64,000 nucleotides of DNA from Polyangiaceae bacterium (GCA_965222375.1 CBDCTZ010000014.1:704001-768000), one strand, 5' to 3'; counted from the first letter of the stretch, positions 10,143 to 20,584 are shown. Made by a program: numbers and translations. Notes: generated from the letters alone by a model not told the origin.

Positions 10143-10615
10143 CCGTCTTCCTCCATCCAGGAATCCAAAGCGGCCAAGAGATCCTCGCTGTCGGCTTCGG
10201 CCTCGATGCTCGCTCCAGACCAAAGGTCATCCGAGTCTCCCCAAGCCACGGCTTCGAGCCCTGCCATCTCCTCTTCGGACTCGTCGTCCAGCACATCCGG
10301 GTCCTGCACCGCGGGCGCCGGCTCTGCGGTCGCCGGGTTTGCGGCTACGGGAGCTTGGGTCGTGGCGGCGACCACAGTGGCAGAGGTGCCCATTGGGGCA
10401 GCCACTTCGGGCGTGGCCCTCAGCAAGAAGGCTGCGGCTGCTGCGCCCGTCACCAGCGCGAAGGTGGGGGCCGCGAAGCGTGCCCACCAGCTGCGCCGGG
10501 CGGTGAGAGGAATGTCCCGTGCTCGCGCCTTGAGCTTGGTCAACACCGGACCGCTGGCTTCGGCGGCTGTCGAGTCGAACAGTGCGCGTACGTCTTCGTC
10601 GTGTTCAGGGTTCAT
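10139..10615 (-). CDS. Putative single-pass anti-sigma factor
   Basis: Overlaps the ECF sigma stop. One TM segment and an acidic C-terminus. Confidence 0.6.
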   Translation of the reverse strand: MNPEHDEDVRALFDSTAAEASGPVLTKLKARARDIPLTARRSWWARFAAPTFALVTGAAAAAFLLRATPEVAAPMGTSATVVAATTQAPVAANPATAEPAPAVQDPDVLDDESEEEMAGLEAVAWGDSDDLWSGASIEAEADSEDLLAALDSWMEEDG

Positions 10616-11250
10616 GTCGTCTCCGAGGGCATCTCGACCCAATCTGATAGGGCTTCGCGCAGCTGCTTGATGGCCATATGCACCAGCACGCGAGCCGAGC
10701 CTTCACTGGTGTCCAGCGCTGACGCGATCTCTGCGTAGCTGAGCCCGCCGTCCAGGCGCAGCAGGGCGGCCGCCCGACGCTTCTCGGGCAGCTGTTCCAA
10801 AACCTCTCGAATGCGGCCCGCGGTCTGCTTCGCCCGAGAAACCGATGCGGGTCCCGCGAGCTTCTCGGGCAAGTCCGCGGCCTCTTCTCTTTTCTGCCGC
10901 CGGCGCTCGCTGCGCAGCAGCGTCTGCGCCTTGCGCATCGCGCAGGCCGCGAGAAAACTCTTGAGTGAGGTGCCTGGCTCGTAGCGGTTGAGCTTGCGGT
11001 ACGCGACTGTCAGCGCCTCCTGCACGGCGTCCTCGGCCAGGGCTGGGTTGCCGCATGCCCGCATCGCGACGCGGTACAGCATCGCCAGATGAGGCTCGAC
11101 CAAGCTCTGAAACGCCTGGCCATCCCCGGCCAGGGCGCGCTTGATCAACTCATGCTCTACGGACATGGCGCTCGGCTGGGGAGATTCGGCCGTGGCCGCA
11201 GCGGATGCAAATAGCGCGGGGAAGGACAGGGAGTGCATCTCAGCAAGCAA
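10612..11250 (-). CDS. ECF RNA polymerase sigma-70 factor (start may be 11166)
   Basis: Region 2 AEDAVQEAL and region 4 LPEKRRAA...GLSYAEIASAL. Confidence 0.92.
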   Translation of the reverse strand: MLAEMHSLSFPALFASAAATAESPQPSAMSVEHELIKRALAGDGQAFQSLVEPHLAMLYRVAMRACGNPALAEDAVQEALTVAYRKLNRYEPGTSLKSFLAACAMRKAQTLLRSERRRQKREEAADLPEKLAGPASVSRAKQTAGRIREVLEQLPEKRRAAALLRLDGGLSYAEIASALDTSEGSARVLVHMAIKQLREALSDWVEMPSETT

Positions 11251-11315
11251 ATGCCGAAGCCACCCCGAGTGTTAAATCTCTGTCCAAAATACCAATAAAT
11301 TCAAGCAGTTACGCG

Positions 11316-12116
11316 CTAGCGACCCTTGTAGTCGGGGGGGCGCTTCTCCAGGAATGCCGCCATCGCCTCGCCGAGATCTTCCGAGGACAGGAAGGCGGAA
11401 TTGTACGCAGCCACGTAGTCCAGGCCGTCCTGGACTCGCCGGGAGCGCCCGAAGTCGAGCACCCGCTTCACGCCACGCACGGTGAGCGGCGCGTTGGCCG
11501 CGATCTCCTTGGCCATCTGCGACGCGGCCTCATGGGTTGCGCCGACGTCGGGATGCACGGCGTTGACGAGTCCCATGCTCAGGGCTCGCTGTGCGTCGAC
11601 GTCCTTGCCCGTGAAGGCCAACTCTCGGGTCAACCCGTCGCCAATGATCCCAGGTAGCCTCTGCAAGCTTCCAAGATCGGCCACGATCGCAATCTTGGTC
11701 TCACGCAGGGAGATCAGCGTGTCAGCGGACGCCAACCGAATGTCGCAAGCTGCAGCTAGGTCCAGGCCACCACCGATACACCAGCCGTGCAGTGCCACCA
11801 CGGTCGGTACCGGGCAATCCGCGACGGCGTCTAGTTCTGCCTGCAGCTGCTTGATGGTGGTCAGCAGCTGCATACGGGTGGCAGCTCCCCCGCCCGCGAA
11901 GGCCTCGCCGAGCTCCGATGCAGCTGCCGGCAGATCCAAGCCAAAACTGAAGCACTTGACCGCGGAGCGGATCACAACCGCTCGGAGCTCTGGCTCCGTC
12001 GCCAGCTTTCGAAAGGTCCCGCCCAACTCGCGGAAGAAAAGCGGGCGCATGGTTTTCTCTTGAAGCACGACATGGGCAATCTGGCCGTCGCGCTCGAGGT
12101 TGATCGTTTCGGTCAT
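11316..12116 (-). CDS. Crotonase/enoyl-CoA hydratase family protein
   Basis: FSFGLDL, HGWCIGGGLDLAAACDIR, ADLGSLQRL. Confidence 0.93.
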   Translation of the reverse strand: MTETINLERDGQIAHVVLQEKTMRPLFFRELGGTFRKLATEPELRAVVIRSAVKCFSFGLDLPAAASELGEAFAGGGAATRMQLLTTIKQLQAELDAVADCPVPTVVALHGWCIGGGLDLAAACDIRLASADTLISLRETKIAIVADLGSLQRLPGIIGDGLTRELAFTGKDVDAQRALSMGLVNAVHPDVGATHEAASQMAKEIAANAPLTVRGVKRVLDFGRSRRVQDGLDYVAAYNSAFLSSEDLGEAMAAFLEKRPPDYKGR

Positions 12117-12265
12117 CCGGAGGAGGTAGCACCACCCGCAGGCTCCGAAAAGCGCAGCCCCTCTCCCACATGATTCAGCGCATCCGGCGTGGGCGGTCTT
12201 GGGGCGCCCAAACGCAACTCCCGGAAGGACATGTGTATGATGCTCTGTGCCTGCGGGGCGCGCTC

Positions 12266-13495
12266 ATGACAGCAACGGATCTCCTCATCGTCGGCGCAGG
12301 GACGGCGGGCAGCGCCCTAGCGGGGTTTGCGGCGCAGGCCGGGCTGTCGGTTACGTGCTTGGAGCGCCGCGCCCTCCATCGAGCCGGGGCGCGCTGGGTC
12401 AATGGTGTGCTGGCTCGGCAGTTCTCGGAAGCTGGCGTGGCGCAGCCCACTGGTGCGGAGCTTCGGGGCGACGGCCACACCTTCCATCTCGTCGCGGGGT
12501 ACGGCCCCCGAAAAATCAGCATCCATGACCACGAGGTCGCGGACGTGGACATGCGTCTGCTCGTCGAGCGGCTCCAGAAGGTGGCGCTCGAGGCCGGCGC
12601 GCGCTTTGACGAAGGCGTGCACGTGCAGAGCTGGGACGGCTCGACCCTGCACACTTCGAAGGGAGCGTATTCCGCGCGCTACGTCGTGGACGCTTCTGGC
12701 GTTGCTGGTCTGGGTTTGTTGGGCCGGGAGCGTCCCGAGCCGGGTGACCTATGTGTTGCAGCCCAAGAGGTCAGAGAAGTGAAGGATGAGGTCCGCGCCC
12801 GCGAGTACTTCGAGCAACAGGGTGCGGCGCCGGGCGAAACCCTGTGCTTCTCTGGCATCGCAGGTGGTTTCTCCATTCTCAATCTGCGGCTCGATGGCGA
12901 AGGTGTCAGCCTGCTTGCGGGTAGCATCCCCGGCAGCGGACACCCGACGGGTCAGGCGTTGATCGACGATCTCGCGCGAAAGGAGCCGTGGATTGGTCCG
13001 AAGATCTTTGGCGGAGCACGTGCGATCCCCCTGTGGCGACCGCGGGTTCAGTTGACCCAGGGGCGCCTAGCGCTCTTGGGCGACAGTGCGGGGCAGGTGT
13101 TTGCGGCTCACGGCTCCGGGATTGGAGCCGGCATGGTCGCGGCGCGAGTGCTGGCCAGCACGCTGGCGAAGGCCCCCGCCGATTTGGGGGCGTACGCGAA
13201 AACTTGGTACCGGCGCTATGGTGGACCGGTGCTCGCTGCGGATCTATTGCGCAGGTTCTCGGAGACGCTGACGGTGCAAGACATCGAGACCCTGATGGAC
13301 AGCGGCGTCATGAACGAGGCCAGCGCACGAGCGACTCTGGAACAGCGTCTGCCGAACTTCCGCGATTCTCGACGTCAACGCCTAGGCCTCCGTGCCATCG
13401 CGACCCACCCGCGCCTCTTTGCCCGCGCGGGCAGCATGTTGAGCAAAGTCCCGCTCTGCATGCTCGCAGCGCGCGCCTATCCCACGGGGTTTTGA
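12266..13495 (+). CDS. FAD-dependent oxidoreductase (geranylgeranyl reductase-like)
   Basis: IVGAGTAG, VVDASG, LLGDSAGQ. Confidence 0.8.
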   Translation: MTATDLLIVGAGTAGSALAGFAAQAGLSVTCLERRALHRAGARWVNGVLARQFSEAGVAQPTGAELRGDGHTFHLVAGYGPRKISIHDHEVADVDMRLLVERLQKVALEAGARFDEGVHVQSWDGSTLHTSKGAYSARYVVDASGVAGLGLLGRERPEPGDLCVAAQEVREVKDEVRAREYFEQQGAAPGETLCFSGIAGGFSILNLRLDGEGVSLLAGSIPGSGHPTGQALIDDLARKEPWIGPKIFGGARAIPLWRPRVQLTQGRLALLGDSAGQVFAAHGSGIGAGMVAARVLASTLAKAPADLGAYAKTWYRRYGGPVLAADLLRRFSETLTVQDIETLMDSGVMNEASARATLEQRLPNFRDSRRQRLGLRAIATHPRLFARAGSMLSKVPLCMLAARAYPTGF

Positions 13496-13657
13496 AGCCA
13501 GCTGCGGGCATTGGCGCAGCGAAGTAGCGGTCGACCGCAGGGGAGAGTCCACGCGGCGGTGGCTTGGGGAGCCAGGGCAGCTCTGTTGCAGACCAAACCC
13601 TCCCCTTGATTTGTTTTGGATGGCAACAGAGCTGTGCTTTCGCCTGTCGGGCGCGGC

Positions 13658-13857
13658 GCGAGCGCTCTCGCCTGCGGGGGCGCTCGTCTTCGATTACGAG
13701 CCCTTCGGAGATCTCGATGGCGAGCGCTCTCGCCTGCGGGGGCGCGCGTCTTCGATTACGAGCCCTTCGGGGATCTCGATCGCGAGCGCGCGCGTCTTCG
13801 ATTACGAGCCCTTCGGGGATCTCGATCGCGAGCGCTCTCGCCTGTGGGGGCGCGCGC
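13658..13857. repeat. Tandem ~62-bp REP-like array with TTCG-loop hairpins (about 3 units)
   Basis: CGTCTTCGATTACGAGCCCTTCGG(G/A)GATCTCGAT x3 alternating with GCGAGCGCTCTCGCCTGYGGGGGCGC. Confidence 0.85.
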
Positions 13858-13911
13858 CTGCGCTCGTCCGGAGGTAGCGCGCCTCGGACTGGGGCCTGCT
13901 AAGACGCGGCC

Positions 13912-14664
13912 ATGAGTTCGAAACAAACGGTATCGCTTACGGGCAAGGTGGCTCTGGTCACGGGGGCTTCGGCGGGGATCGGGCAGGCGACTGCGCTTCG
14001 GCTTGCGGACTGTGGCATGCGTGTCGCTGTCTGCGCCCGCAGGTTGGAGCGGCTCGAAGCGCTGAAGTCCGGTTCGGGAGAGTTGCTGCCGATCCAGGCG
14101 GACTTCCGCAAAGAGGACGACATTCTTCGGGTCTTCACGGAAGTGCGAAAAGCTTGGGGTGGCGTGGACGTGCTCGTGAACAATGCTGGCTTGGGACACA
14201 TGGCTCCGCTGCTCAGTGGCGCGACGGAACAGTGGCGGGACACCTTGGAAGTGAATGTGCTCGCGCTTTCGATCTGCACTCGGGAGGCCGTGTCGGATAT
14301 GCGCCGGCGTGGCGATGACGGGCATGTGGTGCACATCTCGAGCATGGCGTCGCACCGAGTGCCGCCCGGAAGCGGGATGTACTCGGCGTCGAAGTATGCC
14401 GTGCGCGCTTTGACCGAGGCTCTGCGTCAGGAACTGCGCGAGGCGAAGAGCAAAATCCGCGTCAGCGCGGTGAGCCCGGGCTTCGTCGAGACCGAGTTCG
14501 CCGAGCACTATCACGCTGACCCCGCCGCAGCAGAGCGAACCTACGGTCGTTTCAAGGTGCTCGAGTCCGAAGACATCGCTTGGTTGGTGCAAACCTTGAT
14601 ATCGGCTCCGCCCCACGTGCAGATCCACGATGTGCTGGTGCGGCCGAGGGATCAGGTCAGCTAG
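13912..14664 (+). CDS. SDR family oxidoreductase
   Basis: TGASAGIG, NNAG, YSASK. Confidence 0.95.
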   Translation: MSSKQTVSLTGKVALVTGASAGIGQATALRLADCGMRVAVCARRLERLEALKSGSGELLPIQADFRKEDDILRVFTEVRKAWGGVDVLVNNAGLGHMAPLLSGATEQWRDTLEVNVLALSICTREAVSDMRRRGDDGHVVHISSMASHRVPPGSGMYSASKYAVRALTEALRQELREAKSKIRVSAVSPGFVETEFAEHYHADPAAAERTYGRFKVLESEDIAWLVQTLISAPPHVQIHDVLVRPRDQVS

Positions 14665-15262
14665 CGCAGTACCGTTTCAGGAACTGAGCGATGCTCTCCT
14701 CCATGGCGTCGTCCACGTCATCTTGGGTCTGCCCTCGGGCCTTCAGGGCCCGCTTGCCGACGGCCAAGGAGTGATTGCCCCCGTCGATCAGGTACAGCTC
14801 CGATGCTGCGCTCATTTCGCGGCGCACCTCTTCGAGCTCTGGGACCGGGCACAGGGTGTCGCGGTCGCCCTGAATGAATAGGATCGGAACGGACAGGTCG
14901 CGCAGCACTTGGTCGCGCCGCTTTCTCGTCTTGCCCATTCCGACCAAGGGGTAGCCGAAACAGATCAGGGCTCGAACCTGCTCTGGGATCTCGGTCGCCA
15001 CGTGGCAGCCCACTCGCCCGCCCATGCTCTTACCGGCCAAGACGAGGGGAGCCGCCTTCGGCTTGGCTGCGTCGATGGCCTGCTTGTGCGCTTCGATGAG
15101 TTTCGGCAGCAGATCGGGTCGGCGTTTCCCCGCAGCCATGTAGGGATAGTCGAAGGCGTGCACCTTCCCGTGGCGCCCGAGGCGCTGAGCCCATCGGGCC
15201 ATCCACTCGGATGAACTCGGCGCTCCAGCGCCGTGAGCGAAAACGATGCGCGGCTTCGGCAC
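14657..15262 (-). CDS. Alpha/beta hydrolase (KANL3/Tex30-like)
   Basis: AHGAGA, GKSMGGR, QGDRD, GGNHSL. Confidence 0.88.
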   Translation of the reverse strand: MPKPRIVFAHGAGAPSSSEWMARWAQRLGRHGKVHAFDYPYMAAGKRRPDLLPKLIEAHKQAIDAAKPKAAPLVLAGKSMGGRVGCHVATEIPEQVRALICFGYPLVGMGKTRKRRDQVLRDLSVPILFIQGDRDTLCPVPELEEVRREMSAASELYLIDGGNHSLAVGKRALKARGQTQDDVDDAMEESIAQFLKRYCAS

Positions 15263-15336
15263 GGCCCATCTTTTCCTCTGACCGCTTTGTTGTCGAGCCC
15301 GGAAGGAGATTGGCCCCCAGAGCGTTTTTAGCCTAG

Positions 15337-16764
15337 TTGATGCTTGCCACCTTGCGCATGGCCATGACGACTTCGGCCGAAAGACTCAAACCCACGCCTC
15401 TCGAACGGACCCGCTACCTCACCGAAGCGCGGGCTCTGGTGCGTCTGGCGCTGCCCCTGGCCGTGGCTCATTTGGGGCAGATGCTGCTGGGCGCCGTCGA
15501 CACGGCGGTGGTGGGGCGGACCACGGAGCTGGCCCTGGGTGCTGCCGGCTTGGGCAATTCGATCTTTTTCACGATCACGGTGTTGGGCATGGGCGTGATG
15601 CTTGGCCTCGACCCGCTGGTGGCCCAAGCCGTTGGGGCCGAGGATCACGATCGCGCACGGCGCTCGCTGACCCAAGGCGTCTGGCTCGCGCTCATGGTTG
15701 GCGTCCCTCTGATGGCGGGCGTGGTCGGGCTGGCCGGTTACATGGAAGCCTTCGGCATCGAGGAGCGCTCGGCGGTGCTGGTGCGAGCGTACGTCTACGC
15801 TCGCGTGCCGAGTTTGATTCCCTTTTTGATCTTCGTGGCGCTGCGCAGCTACCTGCAGGCGACCGGGGTGACCCGGCCCGTGTTGGCATCGGCGTTCATC
15901 GCCAACATCGTCAACGTTCCTTTGTCGATCTTCTTGGTCTTTGGCGACTCGGCTCTCGAGGGCATGGGGCTCTCGGGCATCGGTCTGCCGGCGCTTGGAG
16001 TTGCAGGTGCGGCCTGGGCGAGCACGGGCTGCACCCTGGTGCAGATGCTGGTGCTCGCCGAGTCGATGCGTCGTGGCAGTTCGCGGCTCCGGCTTGCGGA
16101 CTGGGCCTTCGACTCCCGCATCATGCGCACCGCGCTCGTCATTGGCGCGCCGATCGGGCTTCAGCTCTTGGCAGAGTTCGGCGTGTTTGCCCTGGTCAAC
16201 TTCGCGATGGGCAACCTGGATGCCCGCTCCTTGGCGGCGCACCAGGTCGCGATCACCTTGGCCAGCGCCACCTTCATGATTCCAGTGGGCATCGGTGCGG
16301 CCACCAGCGTGCGGGTCGGGCAAGCCGTGGGCAGGAAGGACCAGGCGGGAACTCGACGTGCGGGCTGGACCGGCCTGGCCCTCGGGGTGGGGTTCATGTT
16401 GTTTTCCGCCACGCTATTTCTGACCTTGCCTCGCCTATTGGCGAGGCTGGTCACTACGGATGCTCTCGTGGTGGAAGCGGCAGTGTCGCTCTTGGCGGTG
16501 GCCGCGGTGTTTCAGGTTTCTGATGGGGCCCAAGCCGTGTTGGCGGGGGCGCTTCGAGGAGCCGGAGACACGCGGTTCACGCTGATCGCGAACGTGGGTG
16601 GGCACTACTTGATCGGCGTGCCCTTGGGGCTCGTGCTCACCTTCGTGCTCTTCCTCGGGGCCACCGGCTTGTGGTGGGGTCTGTCCGCAGGGCTTTCCGC
16701 GGTGGCGGCGTTGTTGGTGTGGCGCTTCGTCCGCGTGACGCGTGGAGCCATCGACCAAGTGTGA
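15337..16764 (+). CDS. MATE family efflux transporter
   Basis: About 12 TM segments. VDTAVVG, LAAHQVA, GALRGAGDT. Confidence 0.93.
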   Translation: MMLATLRMAMTTSAERLKPTPLERTRYLTEARALVRLALPLAVAHLGQMLLGAVDTAVVGRTTELALGAAGLGNSIFFTITVLGMGVMLGLDPLVAQAVGAEDHDRARRSLTQGVWLALMVGVPLMAGVVGLAGYMEAFGIEERSAVLVRAYVYARVPSLIPFLIFVALRSYLQATGVTRPVLASAFIANIVNVPLSIFLVFGDSALEGMGLSGIGLPALGVAGAAWASTGCTLVQMLVLAESMRRGSSRLRLADWAFDSRIMRTALVIGAPIGLQLLAEFGVFALVNFAMGNLDARSLAAHQVAITLASATFMIPVGIGAATSVRVGQAVGRKDQAGTRRAGWTGLALGVGFMLFSATLFLTLPRLLARLVTTDALVVEAAVSLLAVAAVFQVSDGAQAVLAGALRGAGDTRFTLIANVGGHYLIGVPLGLVLTFVLFLGATGLWWGLSAGLSAVAALLVWRFVRVTRGAIDQV

Positions 16765-16767
16765 GCG

Positions 16768-17613
16768 TCAGGCGCTATCGAGCAGTTCCAAGCGTTGCCC
16801 GACTTCGATCTGCTCCCGCAACGCAGCGATCATTTCAGGTGAATGGCGCACAAAGCGCTCCACGCCAAGCACGTGCATCAGCGCTTCCTTGCACTCGTCG
16901 CTTTCGCCGACTTCCTGCAGTGCTCGAACCAGCTGTGCCCGGAGGACTGCCGACAGGCTGCGCGCCGCCACGATGAGATCCGAGGGAATGGGGCTGGTCG
17001 CCAACAAGATGCGCGCCCGCGCTTCGGAACTCTCGGGGAAGGGGGAACGCGTCAAGGTGCCCGTGGGGTTTCCATTTTCGAATACGGCGTAACCTGCGCC
17101 AACGTCGGCTTGCCCCGAGAGCACGGCTTCTGCGACCCGGCCGTGAGAGCCGTGGAAGCTCTCCTTCGTGAATAGCGTGCGAGGGTCCATGCCGTAGCTG
17201 GCCAAGGCCAAGCGCGGAAAGATGTATCCCGCCGCGCTCGAAGGCGCGACCCAAGCGGCGCGGGTTCCGGAAAGCTCCGCGGGGCTGCGCAATTCCGAGT
17301 CGGCTTTGACGTACAGGCAGCCATGGTAGGCCGTGAGCCCCTGGCGAACCGAGCTCACCAAGGCAATGGCGCTACTCAAGTCCGCCGAGGTCAAGAGCAA
17401 AGTGGGAGAGACCCAGGCCACCGTGACCCGCCCAGCTCGGAACGCGCTGGCGAGGGCCGCGGGAGACGGCGAGCGATGCGGTTTGACCTCCGCACCGACC
17501 CGCTCGGATAGCGCCTCGCACAGATCCGACAGATGCAGGCGGGTAGCAGAGTCGTCCAAATCTGGAACGCAGCCGAACACCAGCTGAGCCCCCCGTAGGC
17601 GCATTTCCGTCAC
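16768..17613 (-). CDS. PhnD/phosphonate-type substrate-binding domain protein
   Basis: SSAAGYIFP, GSHGRVAEAVLSGQADVG, TSPIPSD. No permease or ATPase nearby. Confidence 0.8.
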   Translation of the reverse strand: MTEMRLRGAQLVFGCVPDLDDSATRLHLSDLCEALSERVGAEVKPHRSPSPAALASAFRAGRVTVAWVSPTLLLTSADLSSAIALVSSVRQGLTAYHGCLYVKADSELRSPAELSGTRAAWVAPSSAAGYIFPRLALASYGMDPRTLFTKESFHGSHGRVAEAVLSGQADVGAGYAVFENGNPTGTLTRSPFPESSEARARILLATSPIPSDLIVAARSLSAVLRAQLVRALQEVGESDECKEALMHVLGVERFVRHSPEMIAALREQIEVGQRLELLDSA

Positions 17614-17722
17614 AGTTTCACATTGTCACAGATGCCCGGTCGCGCGCAAACCAAGGGCGACCGATGTCATGCCCTGGGCGATGACGGGTAGAAGCGCTGC
17701 CGAACTGTTTCGGCCCCAGGGA

Positions 17723-18832
17723 TCAATCTGGCTGATAGGGGAAGCCTTCGATCGGGCCGAGTTCGAGCCGGTCGCGCTGGAAAGTCGGCGGGCTCTGTAT
17801 GTACAAGGCAAGCAGCTCCGCCATGGCAGAGAGTGCATCGATGTGGGTGCGTTCGTAGCCGTGGGAGCAATCAGCGCCGAAGGCGACCAGCGCAAAACGC
17901 AAGTCGTTGCCAGCTTCCACCGCTGAGGCGGCGTCACAGCGGTAGTACCTGAAGACGTCGCGCTGATGCTCGACGCCGAAATCGTGGCACAGCTTCAGCA
18001 TCTTGTGGGTCAAGTGGTAGTCGAAGGGGCCACTCGAGTCTCCCATTCCGATGGTGACACCTCGCTCTCGTGAGTTCTGTCCTGGTGCTGGGGTCGCGTT
18101 GTCGACAGCGACCATTTCCGCGACGTCCCCGTGCAAGATGGCGGACGCTCCCGTACCCACTTCCTCGGAGATCGTGAACAGGAAATAGCAATCGACCGGA
18201 ATTGAAGCTTCGGAGTCGATGACGGCCTTGATTGCTGCAAGCGTGGCGGCGACGCCGGCCTTGTCGTCCAGGTGGCGGGAGTTGATGAAGCCGTCGTTGA
18301 ACTCGGGCTGAGGATCGACGGCAATGAAGTCGCCGATGGCGTAGCCAAGCGCCGCTAGTTCGTCAGCTGTGGTGCAGAAGTCATCGGTCCGCACTTCGAC
18401 GTTGTCCCAAGCGACGGGCTGGGTGTCGATCTCTTCGTTGAAAGTATGTCCCGAGGCCTTCAGGGGCAGGATGGTGCCGCGCTTGGAGCCATGGTTGTCC
18501 GTGAAGATCGTGACTCGGGCGCCCTCCGCGAATCGGCTCGACCAGTGGCCAATGGGAACGACTTCCAGGCGCCCATTGGGTTTGAGGTTTTTCACCATGG
18601 CACCGAGGGTGTCCAAGTGTGAAACGACCGCGCGGGCGGGAAGCCGTTTCTTGCCGGCGAGGCGGGCGCGCATGGCGCCACGACGCGTCAGTTCGAATTT
18701 GACACCGAGGCGTTGCAACTCTTCACCCATGTGATGAACGACGCGGTCCGTGTATCCGCTGGGGCTGGGGATCGCGAGCAGCGCGAAGAGAGTGTCGATC
18801 AGATAGTCGGTGTCGATTTGCAGACGCTTCAT
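17723..18832 (-). CDS. Osmoprotectant NAGGN system M42 family peptidase
   Basis: SHLDTLG, SRHLDDKAG, SEEVG, SHGYERTH. Adjacent to ngg. Confidence 0.93.
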   Translation of the reverse strand: MKRLQIDTDYLIDTLFALLAIPSPSGYTDRVVHHMGEELQRLGVKFELTRRGAMRARLAGKKRLPARAVVSHLDTLGAMVKNLKPNGRLEVVPIGHWSSRFAEGARVTIFTDNHGSKRGTILPLKASGHTFNEEIDTQPVAWDNVEVRTDDFCTTADELAALGYAIGDFIAVDPQPEFNDGFINSRHLDDKAGVAATLAAIKAVIDSEASIPVDCYFLFTISEEVGTGASAILHGDVAEMVAVDNATPAPGQNSRERGVTIGMGDSSGPFDYHLTHKMLKLCHDFGVEHQRDVFRYYRCDAASAVEAGNDLRFALVAFGADCSHGYERTHIDALSAMAELLALYIQSPPTFQRDRLELGPIEGFPYQPD

Positions 18833-20577
18833 GCGGGTCCTGTGGCGGTTTGCGGGAAGAGCAGATTGATGAATCGCTCGGCGGTCGGTTGGGGTTCGTG
18901 ATTGGCCAGCCCGGGACGCTCGTTGGCTTCGATGATGTAGTAGCGGGGTCCGTCGAGCTCCGGAACGATGAAATCAAGACCCACCACTGGGATGTCCAAG
19001 GCTTCGGCTGCGCGTTCTGCAGCTTGGATCAAGCGGGGATGGATCTCCGCGGTCACGTCGTGAATCGTGCCGCCCGTGTGCAGGTTCGCGGTTTTGCGGA
19101 CCAGGATCTTGGTGCCTGCCGGGAGAATGTCATCCAGGCCGTGTCCGGCCGCTTGAACACAGCGCACGGCCTCGTCATCCGTGGGGATCGTGCTCTCGCC
19201 CTCCGTGGCTGCGGCGCGGCGGCGACTCTGTTTTTCGATCAGCTGGCGCACCGTATGTTGCGCATCCCCGGTGATCTCCGGGGGGCGGCGCACGGCGGCC
19301 GCGACGACCTGAAAGTCGATGACGACGATGCGCAGGTCCTCGCCCTGCACCATCTGCTCGAGGATCACCGGAGCCTGGCCTTGAGCGGCCCGCTCCAAGC
19401 CGGCCTCCAACTCGGCTTCGGTGCGAATGTCGACGCACACGCCGTGGCCCTGCTCTCCCCGGGCGGGCTTGACTACGATGCGCTCGTGCATCTTCAGGAA
19501 TGCGAGATTCTCCTCCCGGGTTGTCGTTTCCATTTGGGCCGGCACGTTGAGCCGAGCCCCTTGAAGTACTTGCCGCGTGACGCGCTTGTCGTCACACCGG
19601 CTCATGGCGATCGCCGAGGTCAACTCCGAAAGGGACTCCCGACATACGATGGTTCTGCCGCCGAAGGTCAGAGCGAAGTAGCCCGCCTCCGCATTCAGCA
19701 CGTCGACGGCGATGCCCCGTCGGCGCGCCTCCTTGACGATCAATCCGGCGTAGGGGTTGAGCTCCTGTTCCGGAGGTTCCGCAATGAACAGCGCTTCGTT
19801 GATGGGGTTCTTGCGCTTGACGCAAAACACCGGGACCCGCACGAAACCGAGCTTCTCGTACAGGCGAATCGCCTGCTTGTTGTCGTGCAGCACGCTGAGG
19901 TCCAGAAACGCCCGTTCCCGGGTCGCGTAGTGCTCGAGCAGGTGCGACACCAACGCTTCGCCCACGCCCGGGTGCGTGGTTTGTGGATCGACCGCCAAGG
20001 CCCAAAGGCTCGAACCATTTTCTGGGTCTCCGAAGGCCTCGACATGATCGACCCCCGTGACCGTGCCGACGATTTCCCCAGTGTTCTTCTCTTCCGCAAC
20101 CAAGAACGTATGGGTGCGGCCGGCGCGATGCTCCCAGACGAACTCTTCGTCGATGGGCACCAACTGCCGACTCGCATAGATGCGCGCAATCGCCTCTACA
20201 TCAGACGTGGCGCTGATGCGTCTCACTCGAAAGCCGCGCAATCGCGCGGGTCGAGGTCGCAGCTGCTCAAGGTACATCCGAAAGGTGTGGGAAGGATCGA
20301 GGAACAGCTCTTGTGGGCAAAGGGCGATGACTACATGGGGGTCACTGACGTACAGAGCGATATCTCGAGCGCTTGGCCGCTCCAGGCGCAACTCCTCGAC
20401 CAGCTCTTCGCTGCTGACGAAGGTATGTCCGAAGATGAGCCGGCCCCAGCCACACTCGACGGTGACGTTCCTCTGCTCGGGCATGGCATCATCCCGGGAC
20501 TTCCAGGCGGCGCGGGTGGGTGCGGCATCTCGGTCCACGCGGGGATCCGGCGCGCGCCGGCGGGAATCGTTCTTCAT
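18829..20577 (-). CDS. ngg: N-acetylglutaminylglutamine synthetase (GNAT + ATP-grasp)
   Basis: CGWGRLIFGHTF, GNAT domain, ATP-grasp IEANERPGLANHEPQPTAERF. Confidence 0.95.
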   Translation of the reverse strand: MKNDSRRRAPDPRVDRDAAPTRAAWKSRDDAMPEQRNVTVECGWGRLIFGHTFVSSEELVEELRLERPSARDIALYVSDPHVVIALCPQELFLDPSHTFRMYLEQLRPRPARLRGFRVRRISATSDVEAIARIYASRQLVPIDEEFVWEHRAGRTHTFLVAEEKNTGEIVGTVTGVDHVEAFGDPENGSSLWALAVDPQTTHPGVGEALVSHLLEHYATRERAFLDLSVLHDNKQAIRLYEKLGFVRVPVFCVKRKNPINEALFIAEPPEQELNPYAGLIVKEARRRGIAVDVLNAEAGYFALTFGGRTIVCRESLSELTSAIAMSRCDDKRVTRQVLQGARLNVPAQMETTTREENLAFLKMHERIVVKPARGEQGHGVCVDIRTEAELEAGLERAAQGQAPVILEQMVQGEDLRIVVIDFQVVAAAVRRPPEITGDAQHTVRQLIEKQSRRRAAATEGESTIPTDDEAVRCVQAAGHGLDDILPAGTKILVRKTANLHTGGTIHDVTAEIHPRLIQAAERAAEALDIPVVGLDFIVPELDGPRYYIIEANERPGLANHEPQPTAERFINLLFPQTATGPA

Positions 20578-20584
20578 TGCTCTG

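Noticed and set aside
11270..11312. AT-rich patch with an IHF-like site or ECF promoter
   Set aside because: Only a partial consensus match, too weak to call.
13658..13857. Possible CRISPR array
   Set aside because: The intervening segments are themselves repeated rather than unique spacers, and there are no cas genes.
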